Below are positions 46,406 to 62,827 of a stretch of 64,000 nucleotides of DNA, one piece after another. The position numbers and the translations under genes were made by a program. Location: contig CM000151.3 in the NCBI GenBank assembly GCA_000004695.1, positions 7,776,001-7,840,000 of the forward strand, given 5' to 3'. The notes under the pieces were generated by a model. That model saw nothing but the letters and a program-made list of their open reading frames with translations. It had not been told where the DNA came from and did not search any database. The stretch's first letter is position 1; each line of letters begins with the position of its first letter. Origin of the DNA: Dictyostelium discoideum (Eukaryota).

Positions 46406-46542
46406 CAATATTGTTAGTATCACTACTTGTTTTAACATTTCTATTCCTATTATTGTAATTATTGGTTTGTTTCTTTTTATTTTTATTTATTTCATATTCT
46501 GTTTATAAAATAAATATTAGTATTTTAAAAATACAATTATAG
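45349..46542 (-). CDS. Asn/Gln/Thr-rich low-complexity protein; complement(join(45349..45924,46014..~46542)); 5' end and start codon unresolved
   Basis: GTAAGT donor after '...LIGLEKHFP' joins in frame to '..atag|TLPPSNHPKQNKLEMFEASNQTTTT...'. The upstream exon is open back to a stop at ~46543, but no in-frame ATG lies between that stop and the OTU gene. Confidence 0.4.
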
Positions 46543-46572
46543 GTAATAATAATGATAATAATAATAATTGAT

Positions 46573-47358
46573 TTAAGTATACAAACCATCTAAAATATTA
46601 ACAGATTGAGTTTTTAATAATTTTTCAACAATTTTTGAATCTCTAATTTGTTTTATTTTATCATCAGCTTCCCAAACTTTTAGAGGTATATTTGAGTATG
46701 GTATACCTAATAATGGATATTGTTTATCGATTGCTTTGTAAAGGATTTCATAAACTAATGACTGAAAATTGGTATACAATTGTAAACTCTTTGAATCAAT
46801 GACTAAATCATAATGTTCACCATGACAATATGCTAATTGAATATCTTTTTTAAATCCATTATTAACATTTGTTGTACCATTACCTATATAAATTATAAAA
46901 TTTACTCTGTAATAATTATTAAATAATTATTTTTTAATATATACATATATTTATACAAATTGATCATATGATATTAACTTACTCATAAATTAAAGAAATT
47001 GCTTGTAATTCAACTTCACCACCCCATGTACCATCTTTTTTCATTTCAAGAATATACTTTTCCCATGGATTATGAATACAAGCAAATGGTTCAAATAAAT
47101 CTCTATTCAATTCTAAATATTTTATACATTGATTTCTAACTCTAGAATGATAGTTCTGAGTTCCAAATATTGATTCACTAACACATCTAAACTATAGGAA
47201 TTAATTATTATATGTTAATAATCGAAATAAATAATAAAATTTTTATTTTTTTCTATAATTATTATTGTACTCACTAAACAAGAACCATCCTTTGGTATCT
47301 CTTTTCTAGAGAGATTTAATAAACTTAATTGTTGATCTATCTTTTCTAAAGAGCTCAT
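46573..47358 (-). CDS. OTU-domain deubiquitinase; complement(join(46573..46906,46983..47191,47275..47358))
   Basis: 'IPKDGSCL|FRCVSESIFG' (OTU Cys box DG.CLFR), 'LAYCHGEHYDLV' (His box); GTGAGT and GTAAGT donors, junctions in phase. Confidence 0.8.
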
Positions 47359-47708
47359 CTTTTATTTTTTTATTTTTATAATTTGAAACTAAAAGATAAA
47401 TTAAAATAATTTAAAAAAAAAAAATTTGTCAAAACTAATGTTTTTTTTTTTTTTTTTTCATAAAATTTTAAAAAAAAAAAAATAAAAAAAAAAAATAAAA
47501 AAAATTTAAAGTGGGAAAATTATATGAAAATAAAATATTTTAAAATATTTTAAATCGATCCAAAAATAAACGAAATAAAATTATTTTAATAATAATAATA
47601 ATTTCCTTTTTACCAAAATTTTTTTTTTTTTTTTTTTAATATCTAATAAATAAAAAAAAAAATCGGACATATTTATTTATTAATTAATTTAATTTTTTTT
47701 TTTTTTTT

Positions 47709-49646
47709 TTATCTATTTAAAAATGGTTGTGGTGGTAAAAAATGAGAATGTTCAACAGTTGTATTTGTAGTTGATAAAATTTGAACTTGTTGTTTTGGAG
47801 GAAAAGTTTCTAATTGAATTTCACCTATCCATTCTTTCATTTTGAAAAGGAATTCATTTTTAATGATTCTTATTCTTTTACCATCCTGCCAACTTGCAAT
47901 GATACTACCACCATAACGAACTGTTATATGATTTGTACCAGTGATAGCAGAAAAAGCCAAATAGATATCTGGACGCCATTTATCAGGTTGAGCTTTAACC
48001 CATTTATCCAATTTTGATTCCAAAAAGTATAATTTCTCAACTGGAGTATTAAAATTAACCGTTACATCAACGCCAACACTTGCCTCTTCAGAACGTTGAT
48101 GATTTTCAATTCTCGCCATTACCAATGTCGAATTTGGTAAATAGACAGCTTTACCATCCAAACTCTTGAATGAGGTGAAAACAATGCCAATCCTATCAAC
48201 GAATAAACCTTCCAATTGGTTGATTACCACCTTGTCACCCACTTCGAATGGTCTAACAAAGAATATTAAAATCAATGATTCAAATACGTTTCTCAATGTC
48301 GTACCAAATGCAAATGATAATGCCAATATCGTAGTTGATAGTGGTACGAGGAAAACACTGACCTCCACACCATACAATGTCATAACGAAAAGAAACATTA
48401 GTATCCAAAATATGAAATTCACAATCTCATTAATCACTCTACCAATATCCTCGTGATCCCTAAGACGATACTCCAAGGTTTTTCTTGACCTCACCACCCT
48501 GAGTATCCAATTGGTCAAGTCGTCCTTCTTTATAATATCGCCATGAATGCTGCCAATGGTATTGAACGCTTTGTCCAAATGCTTATCCTTTACATACCCA
48601 CTAAGGTCACTCTTCACCAAATAGCCCTTATGATCCCTATCTGCAAATTTCAACATTTGTTTTGCTATTGTCTTTGCTTGATCTTGAGTGAACTGATCAG
48701 CTTTTGAATTTAGTTTACCACTTAGTTGATTATTTATTTTCAATGATTCAATCCATTGACTAATTCCCATCTTTTTACGTTTCTTTAAACTTGCAGACAC
48801 CGACTGTGACAATGCCGATGGTTTTCTTGTTGACAACTGTTCCAATAGCTCCTCATTTAACAAGGACTGTTTCAAAGAGGTGTAAAATGCTTTTCTATTT
48901 GTTCTAGCGGCTAATATCTTCACCAGTATCACTCTACCACAATAGAGCAAACTTACATACATCACTGCACGTAATGCAGTGAAAAACTTACTCATTGAGT
49001 CCTTTGTCCAATCTGGTAATTGCAATACTGGATCTGTTGCAAAATAAACTATAACCGCCCAAATCAAACAACTCAATGGTCGTATGAACCCATTCACATA
49101 GTAGAATACATGTTGTTGTAAATACATTGTACTTGAAAAAATGGAAAAGAATCCACGAACTAACCAATACACTATTAAAAATGACATAACTCCAATATCA
49201 ATAAACAATGCCCATCTAAGTATTTGTGTCTCCAATATCAATATATCTGGCCAAAATATCCTAAATATTACACCCACCGCTCCAACCAACAATAACATAA
49301 ATAAAATTGATATTATAAAATATTTCCTATTTAAAAATCTCTTTTTAAATGATTTTTTCTTCTTTTTTTTCATTTTCTCTTCATCTTCACCTTCATTTTC
49401 AGGATCTGAATCATAATCTCCTTCAAAACTATCCTTATTCATATCATTTAATGTTACAACTTGAAATGGTAATTCTTGTGCTTGTCCTAATGGTGGATGA
49501 CTCTTTTCACTACCAATCACTAAATCATTACTACTATTACTATTATCTGCTCCACCTAATTTATTTAATTCTGTTGGATATGAACTAACTGTATTAAAAT
49601 TATTATTATTATTTGGTGATTTTGAAAATACTGATTCATTAAATTG

Positions 49647-49695
<49 letters not shown>

Positions 49696-50005
49696 GGATT
49701 ATTATTACTACCATTACTATTACTATTATGATGACCACCACCACCACCACCACCACCACTATTATTATTATTTATAATATTTATATTTATTGGTGGGGAA
49801 GATGAAGATGGAGATATTGAATCATGTGGTGATTTTGATATTGATGGTGCAGAACTTGTTAAATTATTATCTCTATTTACAACTTTGGATATTGCTTCTT
49901 TCTCTTCCCTTGGTGATATTAATGTTACACTTTCATTAATTCTAATTCTTGGACTCTTTATTATTCCACTAGATTTTCTTGGTGATTCTTCATTATCTGA
50001 ATTAC

Positions 50006-50102
<97 letters not shown>

Positions 50103-50321
50103 GTTATTACTTAAATTTGTACTATTTCTTTTTTTAATTTGTTTTGACATTCCTGTACTTTCTTTAGTTTTTTTTGTTGAAACTAAATATTCTTTACTAT
50201 CATTTAAATCATAAAAATTATTATTACTATTATTTGTATCACTTTGGATACTATCCGTTGACTTAAAATTATTATTATTATTAATATTATTATTATTGTT
50301 ATTGTTATTGTTGTTGCTCAT
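47709..50321 (-). CDS. MscS-like mechanosensitive channel (Msy/MSL type) with EF-hand-like segment; single exon, N-terminal poly-Asn/Gly
   Basis: Several TM helices, then the MscS beta-domain 'DKVVINQLEGLFVDRIGIVFTSFKSLDGKAVYLPNSTLVMARIENHQRSEEASVGVDVTVNF' and an EF-hand-like 'DRDHKGYLVKSDLSGYV' loop. Confidence 0.8.
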
Positions 50322-51354
50322 TTGAAATGAGGTTTTTCTATTGGACTTTTTTTTTTTTTTTTTTCTATTTAGAAATTATTAATTATTTTTTTATTTATTT
50401 TTTATTTTTATTTTTATTTTTATTATTTTTTTTTTTTATTTTTATTTTTTTTTTTCCAATTTTGCGATATATTTATAATAAAAAAAAAAAAATAAATAAA
50501 AAAATATGTGTGTGTGTGTGTGTGATTATAATAATGCTGGAGAAAGAGATTTTATATCAAATTACAAACTAAATTTAAATTGGGGTTCAAGTAACAACTT
50601 TTTTTTTTTTTTTTTTTTTTTTTTATTTATTTTTAATTTTTTTTTTTTACTTTTATTTATTTTTAATTTTTTTTTTTTTAAATTTAACTAATCGCGCCAT
50701 TCAGGTAATCGATTTTTTTTTTTTTTCAATTTTCAAATAAAGTAAAAAAAAAAAAAATAAAATAAAATTATTTAAAAAAATTAAAATAATATAATAATTA
50801 AAAGGATTCCAAGATAATTTATCAAAACTATGGTTTATATGTTCAAAAAGAGAAATCCAAATGAAAATTTAAATAATTTTTGCTTTTTATTTGTTGGTTT
50901 TTAAAATTTTTTGTTTTACAATAATTCTCATTGTTGTCATCATTAATCACTATAACCCAAATTTTAATATAATTTCTTCCTTTTTTTATTTTAAATTTTT
51001 TTTTTTTATAATTCATAATTTTTTTATAAATAATTTAACCTTTATCTTTTTTTTTTTTTTTTTTTTTTTTAATTATTAACAATTTAAAAAACGACTTGAT
51101 AATATTTAAAGCACTAAAAAACAACTTTGGAATTTCAATACTCTGGCACAAAATAAAAAGAAGTATAAAATTTTTCTTACAATTTTCATAACAAAAAAAA
51201 GTGTTTGGTAAGGAAACAAACTTGGAAAAAATAAAAAAAATAAAAAAAAAGGTCAGAAGCAGATAATAAATTAATATTATTAGAAGGAAGAGAAGTTTCG
51301 TTTAAATCAAAAAAAAAAAAAAAAAAAAATCAAAAAAAAAAAAAAAAAAAAAAA

Positions 51355-51389
<35 letters not shown>

Positions 51390-51594
51390 AACATGTTTAA
51401 TAATAAATAATATTTTTTATCAATAAAATTTTTTATTTTTTTTTATTTATTTATTCTTTTCTGTTTATTATTTTATTTTATTTTTTTTTATTTTTAAAAA
51501 AAAAAAAAAAAAGAAAAAAAGAAAAAAAAAAAAAAATTAAGATGTATGTTGGAAAATTGAATTTGAATTTGGAATCATGGAGGAGGACTATTAT

Positions 51595-55164
<3,570 letters not shown>

Positions 55165-55813
55165 GTTTTTTTTATATTTATTTAATTTTTTATTTAAAAA
55201 AGAGTTTAATCTTTATTTTTTATTTTTTTATTTTTTTATTTTTTTATTTATATAAAAAAAGAAAAAAAAAAATTAAAAAATTAAAAACCAAAGGTTTTAT
55301 AAAATTACTTTTTTTTTTTTTTTTTTCTAATTGTTTAATTATTATTTTTATTATTATTAATTGTTATTTATTATTTTTTATTTTTTATTATTATAAAATT
55401 ATTATTGATTATGGTTTTTGGTTATTTATTTTTTTTTATTTTTTTTTTTCAAACAAAAATATTTTTTTTTATGTATAAATATTTATTTGTGATGGTTGTA
55501 TTACACCTTATATATTTGTTGAATGATAAAAAAAACAAACAAAGAAAAGTCACTTTTAATTCAAATATTTTTGAAAAAAAAAGAGAAAAAAAAAACAAAA
55601 ACCTTTTTGTGAGGTAAAATTTATTAAAATTAAAAAATATTGGTGAAAAAAAAAAAAAATAATAAAATTTTGAGAGGTGTAATTGTTATTATTATTATTA
55701 TTATTATTATATTAAAATATGAGTATTTGGGTGTGAAAGTGTGGTTATTTTTATTTTGGGGTGGGAAATAGGCCTATTTGAGATCAAAAAAAAAAAAATT
55801 TTGGTTTTTTTTT

Positions 55814-55847
<34 letters not shown>

Positions 55848-56049
55848 GAATAAAAAAATTAATAATTTAAATGTGAAATTTAATAACTAAAAATTTAACT
55901 AAACCGAATAAATTATAAATAGATAATAAATAAATAAATGGGTAAATAAATAAATATGGCTTTTAGTCTAAAAGAAGAAAAAAAAAATAAAAATAAATTG
56001 AAATTAAAAATAGAATAAAATAAAATATAAAATAAAAATTAGTTTTGGA

Positions 56050-56083
<34 letters not shown>

Positions 56084-56278
56084 AGAAAAAAAAAAAAAAA
56101 AAAAAAAAAATAAAAAAAAAAAAAAAATAAAAAAAAAAATTTTCTTTGAACATACCTGGTTGGTTTATTGATAATTTTTTTATTTTTATTTTATTATTAT
56201 TTTTTTTTTTTTTTTTTATATATGGTGCTTAAATGCAAATTTTTTTTATGATTTAATGAATTTTAATATTTTTAAAAG

Positions 56279-56313
<35 letters not shown>

Positions 56314-56397
56314 ACAAATTTAAAACAACAGTATTTTTTTTATTGATGTGCCTGTGTGAAATTGATTAGAGTTTTTTTTGATGTTTTTTTATGTTCT

Positions 56398-56445
<48 letters not shown>

Positions 56446-57017
56446 AAAAAAAAAGAAAAAAAAAAAAAAAAAAGAAAAAAATTCACTTGATATCAGGAAA
56501 ATTACCTACGAACTTTTTTTTTTTTCATTTTTTTAATTTAATTTTTTTTTTTTTTTTTTTTTTTTTTTTGTAAAAAGTAAAAAATATCTTTTTTTTTTTT
56601 TTTATTTTATTTTATTTTTATTTTAATCATTTTTAATCATTTTTTAATCATTTTTTTTTTTTTTGAAAAAAAAGGAAATTTTTTATTTTTTATTTTTTTT
56701 ATTTTATTTTAATTTTTTTTTTTCCCACAGATTTTCCAATCGTTTTGTGTGGAAAAAAAAATCAAAAAATTTTTTTTTTTTTTCCTATCCATTTTTATTA
56801 ACTATTCAATTAAAAAACAGGATAACCTACAAAATTAATTCGTCAACCCAACCCAAAGCCAAACACTCCCACATTACAAGATGAACTTCATTTTTATCAT
56901 TTGTTTGGTATGACTAAAAAAAAAAAAATAAAAAAATAAAAAAATAAAAAATAAAAAAATAAAAAAAAAAAATAAAAAAAAAAATGAAAAACCCAAACCT
57001 TTCCGTGTTTGGGCCAA

Positions 57018-57074
<57 letters not shown>

Positions 57075-57224
57075 AAACTAAGGATAACCTAAGAAACATT
57101 TTTTTTTATTTTAAATTTTTTTTTATTTTTATTTTTATTTTTGTGTTATTATTTTCTGACACATTTGATCTTTTCTTTTTCTTTTTTTTTTTTTTCTTTT
57201 TTTTTTTTATTTTTTATTTATTTT

Positions 57225-57558
57225 TTATCTGTCATATTTATCTTCTGTGCTTTCTTCACCACTAATTAATGAGAATAATTTCCATTCACCATTCATATTA
57301 CATTTCCAAAGACAAACATTACCATCATCACCGGATGAAGCCAAGATTGTACCAGTGATATTCCATTCAACACGCCAGACTTCGGATTTATGATCATCCT
57401 TACGCATTACCTCTTTTAATTCCATCTTTGATTTATCACTACTGAGTTTCCATATTCTAACTTTATGATCTTTTGATGCTGTTGCAATTAAATGATAAGA
57501 TCTAATTTAAAAACAAAAAAAAAAAATAATAAAAAAGAAATAAAGTTAGAATGAATAG

Positions 57559-57589
<31 letters not shown>

Positions 57590-58846
57590 ATTATGTGTGT
57601 ACAAACCTTCCCATATTTGGGGCCCAACAAACATCATGTATAGCTCTACTACCACCATCAGAAGAAGAATCGAAATTATTATTAGAGTAGATACTATTAT
57701 TACCACTTGAAACATTGATGCTACTATTAGCACCACTCATTAAACTGTTGCTATTGAGACCACCACTATTGCCACTGATATTATTTAAACTACCAATGTT
57801 ACCATTACCTATACTATTACCTTGAGCACTATTTAAACCATTATTTAATGAACCACCAACACCACTACCAACACCACCACCAACACCACTACCAACACCA
57901 ACAGAGATATTATTGATATTGCTATTGTTAATATTATTTCCAATACCACTACCTAAATTACCCATACTACTATTATTTACACCACTGACACCACCAATAC
58001 TACCGCCAGCACCACCGATACCACCACCAATACCACCACCGATACCACTACCAATACCACCACCAATACCACCACCACTATTTAAATTACTACTTGAAAT
58101 GGTTGAACCAATTGGATATGCAGTTAATGTATCTATTTGAAGCCATTTTCTAGCAGTTTCACTATACTCCCAAATCTTTATATATGGTTCATTTGAACCA
58201 ACTGCAATCATTGGTTTATCATATGAACTTGGATTCCAAGAGATACAATTGCTAGTACCTTTTTGTGATTCAAATTCTTCAACGATTGTCCATTGTGATA
58301 AATTCATTATATCCATAGCTTCATAGATTCTAATATATCCATCTGATGAACATGTTGCTAATCTTAATCCAAATGATTTTGGTGCAAATTTAATATCTGT
58401 AACTGAATCTCTACTATCAACAAGATGGGCTTTCAATTGCCATTTTTTTTGACCTTTTTCATCTATAAATAAAATATTTACAAAATTAAAAAATAATTAA
58501 AAAATAAAAAATAAAAAAAAAAATGTTAGTTTTGTGTGTGTGTGGGTGGGTTTATTTATTTATTTATTTATTTACCTTCACTTTCTTCCCAAATACAAAC
58601 TGTTCTATCAAATGAACATGATGCAATTACTTGACCATATTCAGGATGTGCCCATGCTAATTTCCAAACGGAACCTGAATGTGCTTTCCATTCTGCTGAT
58701 AATTCCCATTTTTGATTGTCATTTTGATCCCAAACTTTAATCTTTTGATCTGATGAGCATGTTGCTAATCTTTTACCATAAAAATCATAACTAACATCAT
58801 GTATTAAATCATCATGTGCTGTTGAAAGTCTATGAAATACTCTCAT
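57225..58846 (-). CDS. Nucleoporin/GATOR2 subunit Seh1 (WD40) with a large Gly/Ser/Asn insertion; complement(join(57225..57500,57607..58462,58576..58846))
   Basis: 'MRVFHRLSTAHDDLIHDVSYDFYGKRLATCSSDQKIKVWD...WKAHSGSVWKLAWAHPEYGQVIASCSFDRTVCIWEE', 'HLVDSRDSVTDIKFAPKSFGLRLATCSSDGYIRIYEAMDIMNLSQW', 'SEVWRVEWNITGTILASSGDDGNVCLWK' match human SEH1L nearly residue for residue; the third donor is the weaker GTTTGT. Confidence 0.8.
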
Positions 58847-58923
58847 TTATCTATATATGGTTTTTTTTTTTTTTTTTGACTTTTTTTTGATTACTTTTAC
58901 AAAAAAATAAAAAAAAAAATATT

Positions 58924-58962
<39 letters not shown>

Positions 58963-59293
58963 CTTGATATATATTTATATTATATATATATGTCTATAAA
59001 TATATAATAGTAAATATTAAATATCTATGGTAATTAATTGGTAATAAAAATTTCCTTTTTTTTTTTTTTTTTATTTTTTTAATTTTATTTTTATTTTTTA
59101 ATTTTTTTTTTTTTTTTTTTTTAAAAAAATTGAAAAAAAATAAAAAAAAAATAAAAAAAAAAAAACTTTTAGTGGAGTCGACTTTTTTTTTTTTTTTATT
59201 TTTTTTTTGTTTTTCAATGTTTTTTTTTTTTTTTTTTTTAATTTTTGTTTTAATACCTTCATTTTACCATTTCCAACATAAATTTTTTAAAAA

Positions 59294-59704
59294 ATGTTTA
59301 AAAACATTTTAAAATCAAATTCATTATTAAGACAATATTCAATTGTTAAAAACAATAGATCATTTTCAAATTTATCAAATGGTTCATCATCAAATAGTTT
59401 TTCAAATTTAATTAATAAACAATATAGATTCAATTTAGATGGTTCACTAAAATCAATCAATACATTAAACATTAAAAACATTTTATCAAATGAAACTGAA
59501 ATTAAACCAATACTTTTAATTAAAGATTTAAACTTAAATGAAATCAATAATAATAATAATAATAATATTAATAAAAAACAAGAACAAGAAGCATTAGAAG
59601 TATCATCAGTTGTCATCAAAAGAAGAAAAATGATGAGTAAACATAAACAAAGAAAATTAAGAAAGAGAACTAGAGCTTTAAAGAAGAGACTTGGAAAGAT
59701 TTAA
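59294..59704 (+). CDS. Small protein with mS38/AURKAIP1(Cox24)-like basic C-terminus; probable mitoribosomal or mitochondrial protein
   Basis: C-terminal 'VVIKRRKMMSKHKQRKLRKRTRALKKRLGKI*' resembles the conserved DUF1713/mS38 tail (…KRRxKMxKHKxxKLxKRTRxLRRKLGK); N-terminal S/N-rich presequence-like region. Confidence 0.55.
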   Translation: MFKNILKSNSLLRQYSIVKNNRSFSNLSNGSSSNSFSNLINKQYRFNLDGSLKSINTLNIKNILSNETEIKPILLIKDLNLNEINNNNNNNINKKQEQEALEVSSVVIKRRKMMSKHKQRKLRKRTRALKKRLGKI

Positions 59705-60021
59705 ATTCTTTAAAAAATATATATTAAATAAATTAACAAAAAAAAAAAAATAAAAAATAAAAAATTAAAAATAAAAAAAATAAAAAAAAAAAAACTACAA
59801 TTAAACTATATGTAGAGATACCTATATTGTAAAAAAAATTTTTTTTTTAAAATAAAATAATAAATTATAGCCATAATTTTGTACTTTTTTTTTTTTTATT
59901 TAAATTTAAATTTAAAATAAAGATTAAATTATTACTTTATTTTTATTTTTTTTTTTATTTTTTTATTTTTTTATTTTTTTTTAAAAAAAAACAAAAAAAG
60001 TAATAAATAATAATTATTTAT

Positions 60022-60432
60022 TTAATTATTTATTTTTATTGATAATGCAGGTTGATATTTAATATATACATTAAAATCTGTACATCCTTTTGGACAAGAA
60101 GCGAAACATGTATTTATTTTAACATGTTGTCTTTCAATGTGACCATTAGAACAAAGGTAATCATCTGAATTGAAAACTGAAAAATAGAAACTTTCACCAT
60201 TTGCAGTTGTATTTATTATTGTTGGGTAATCATTTATAAATGCACAATAATTATCATCGACTACAGTTTCACCAGTTTTTGAATTACAACCTTTTCCACC
60301 ATATTGTTCAACATAAATGAAATCTAGGATATATTCTGAACTTGAACTTTCTTCTGTTTTTGAAATATTTATAAGAAAAATAATTGATAGTAAAATTATT
60401 GATAATAATTTCTTAAAGATATAAAGTTTCAT
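60022..60432 (-). CDS. Hypothetical secreted Cys-rich protein (signal peptide + ~110-aa domain with 8 Cys)
   Basis: 'MKLYIFKKLLSIILLSIIFLINISKT' signal; mature part has moderate complexity with Cys in 'GKGCNSKTGE', 'DDNYCAFINDYP', 'DDYLCSNGHIERQ', 'TCFASCPKGCT'. No family recognised. Confidence 0.4.
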   Translation of the reverse strand: MKLYIFKKLLSIILLSIIFLINISKTEESSSSEYILDFIYVEQYGGKGCNSKTGETVVDDNYCAFINDYPTIINTTANGESFYFSVFNSDDYLCSNGHIERQHVKINTCFASCPKGCTDFNVYIKYQPALSIKINN

Positions 60433-61504
60433 TTTATTTTTTGATTTTTTGTTTGATGTTTTTTTTGGAATGATTTTTTTTTTTTTTTGTAAAAAAAAAA
60501 AAAAAGTTTGATTACGTAATCAAAAATAAAATAGTTAAAAAAAAATCTTTTTTTTTTAAAAATATCCAGATTTAATCAATTTCAAAAATTCAAGTTTTTA
60601 GAAGTTTAGATATTTTTTTAAAAAAAAAAATTGTTTGAATTTTGAAATTACTTTAGCCATAGTTTTAAATTATTTATTAAAATAAAAAAAAAAATAAATG
60701 AAAAAAATGATTATTTTTAATAATAACTAACTTATTGTTAAAAACTAAAATAATGATATATTTCAACAGAAATATTATAATTATTATTTAAAATAATTTT
60801 TTTGGAATTTAATCTATTAACCTCTTTTGTCTCACAATAAATTTTAAATAGTTAAATTCTAAAAATAAAATTTTTGACTAAAAAAAAAAAAAAAAAAACA
60901 GAACTATTGAATTCTTTTTTTTAATTAATTGTTCAAAGAAATTAATATAGAAAGAATTAGAATTATTCTGAGAAATAATTAAAATTAATATTAGAAAACA
61001 AGAATTAAAGAAGCAACACACATAAAACTATCTTATCCATTTAAATAATAAACTTATTGTATTATTTTACCCATTGATAAATTTTCTACATTTATTTAAG
61101 AATAATAATATAACATAATTAAATTATAAATAATATTATACAGCTAACAACAATACTTTCTTTATTATAATTAATATCAACAATAATGCCCACTCCTAAA
61201 TGATTCCTAGAAATGTTTTTTGGTTCATTAGGGTTTAAGAAGTTTAAAAGGTATATATTGAATAATTTCACCAGGTTTATCAGTTCATCAGGTTTGACAG
61301 GTTTATCTGGTTTACCCAAGTTCATTTGATTCAAATTAAATGATAGAGAAAGTAAGGATTTTTCAATATAATAATGGTCAATTGTTTGTTAAATTGTCAG
61401 TGGTTTTGGAGATTATTTATGTCATGGTGCATATATAGATATTTAATGTTTTAATATTTAATTAAAAACTACTTTTATAACTGTTCATATGCTCGTGTAT
61501 TTTC

Positions 61505-61520
61505 GGGAATCGAACCCCTG
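61505..61520 (-). promoter_or_regulatory. External B-box (ex-B) about 30 nt downstream of the tRNA-Arg gene
   Basis: Reverse strand CAGGGGTTCGATTCCC repeats the GGTTCGANTCC B-box without an upstream acceptor/D/anticodon structure; Dictyostelium tRNA genes commonly carry such a downstream ex-B box. Confidence 0.45.
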
Positions 61521-61549
61521 GTTTTTATATCGAGGGCATGAAAATTATA

Positions 61550-61623
61550 CGAGACCATCAGGGGTCGAACCTGAGACCTACCGGTTCGTAGCCGGTCGTT
61601 ATATCCAACTAAACTATAGTCCC
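61550..61623 (-). tRNA. tRNA-Arg (anticodon ACG)
   Basis: Reverse strand GGGACTATAGTTTAGTTGGATATAACGACCGGCTACGAACCGGTAGGTCTCAGGTTCGACCCCTGATGGTCTCG: 7-bp acceptor stem (with G-U pairs), D-loop AGTTGGAT, anticodon stem ACCGG/CCGGT with loop CTACGAA (ACG), T-arm TCAGG-TTCGACC-CCTGA. Confidence 0.8.
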
Positions 61624-62261
61624 TTTGATGAAAACTAAAGATATATAATAAAAAATATACAAGATTATTGATAAGAAATACAAAAATATATATTAAATCA
61701 TTAACCCCCCTCTTTCAGAGTCCCTGTAATTATATAAAAAATAAATTGAGATCTTTTATCTCAAAAAGAAGTAACACACAACCGTGCTGTCCAATTCAAC
61801 AAAAAAGTATGCAATTATAATCAATGATATCGAAGTAATAAGCTATATATTTAAACATATAAAATTTTCATCCTTGGTAAATACAAATATTGAAATGGTT
61901 ATACTACTGAAAAGAGGTTATCAATAAATGCACTTTCAGTTAAGGCAACAAATAAAATCTATAAAATTGACATTTAAATAGTATTATTATTAATAATTTA
62001 ATTGAAAATATAATTAGTAATATAATTATATTATAATTTAAATTACATTTAACATTAAATGATTATATAATTAATAATTAAATTATTTTTAAAATATAAT
62101 TTAAAACATTAAAATTACAATTAAAATGAATTTCATTTTTAAGAAAATTTAAATCATTTTTAAAGATCATTTATATGTAATTTAATTATAATGGTAATGG
62201 ACATTTTCTTTGTAATGAATGACCAGGATATTACCAAAGGTTTAAATTAGGTAATTAATTT

Positions 62262-62308
62262 TAGTATAAATTACAAGATAAATATATTTTGTAATTTATA
62301 CTAAAATG
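62262..62308. repeat. 19-bp inverted repeat TTTTAGTATAAATTACAAG / (C)TTGTAATTTATACTAAAA with 12-nt spacer, in a 2.3-kb complex non-coding block next to the tRNA
   Basis: 18/19 complementary positions, seen directly; sits in an unusually homopolymer-poor region (60440..62800). Confidence 0.6.
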
Positions 62309-62827
62309 TACACTATTTTTTAATTTAACAACAAAGATATTATAAATAAATTTCAGAAGGGTCAATAATCGTATAAAAAGTATTTACAAAATTTTAGAGT
62401 ACCCATGGGATTGGATATACGTGGTTTATTACATCGAGAAATTTTTTCACACTATTAAAATTATAAAAATCATACCTAAATTTCTTTATATATTTTTAAT
62501 TTTGAATTCTTTTCATAATAATTTTTTTTTTTTTTGTTAACACTAACCAATAATTATTGTTTATTAATAAATTGTAAACAATAATATTTAATAAAAGGAA
62601 AAAAAAAAAAAAAAAATTGTTGTTATTTAAATATTAAAAAAGAATAAGAAAAGGAATAATAGTATTATAATATTTTTTTTTTTCTAGAAATTTCTAAACA
62701 ATTATTTATTTGAAGAGGTTTTTTAAAAAAAGAAAAAAATCAGAGCATCCAAATAATAACCGCAGTAAGGGGGGGATGGTTGTTAATATTATTGGTACAA
62801 ATTCATATGAGGAAATGAATTAATTGC

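Noticed and set aside
61119-61334. 71-aa ORF with 'KPDKPVKPDE' repeats
   Set aside because: It derives from a short 'ggtttatc(a/t)g' tandem DNA repeat in non-coding DNA downstream of the tRNA; no start or stop context of a gene.
61500-61549. Second tRNA gene immediately downstream of tRNA-Arg
   Set aside because: Only the T-loop/B-box (GGTTCGATTCC) is present; no acceptor or anticodon arms can be folded. Interpreted as the Dictyostelium external B box.
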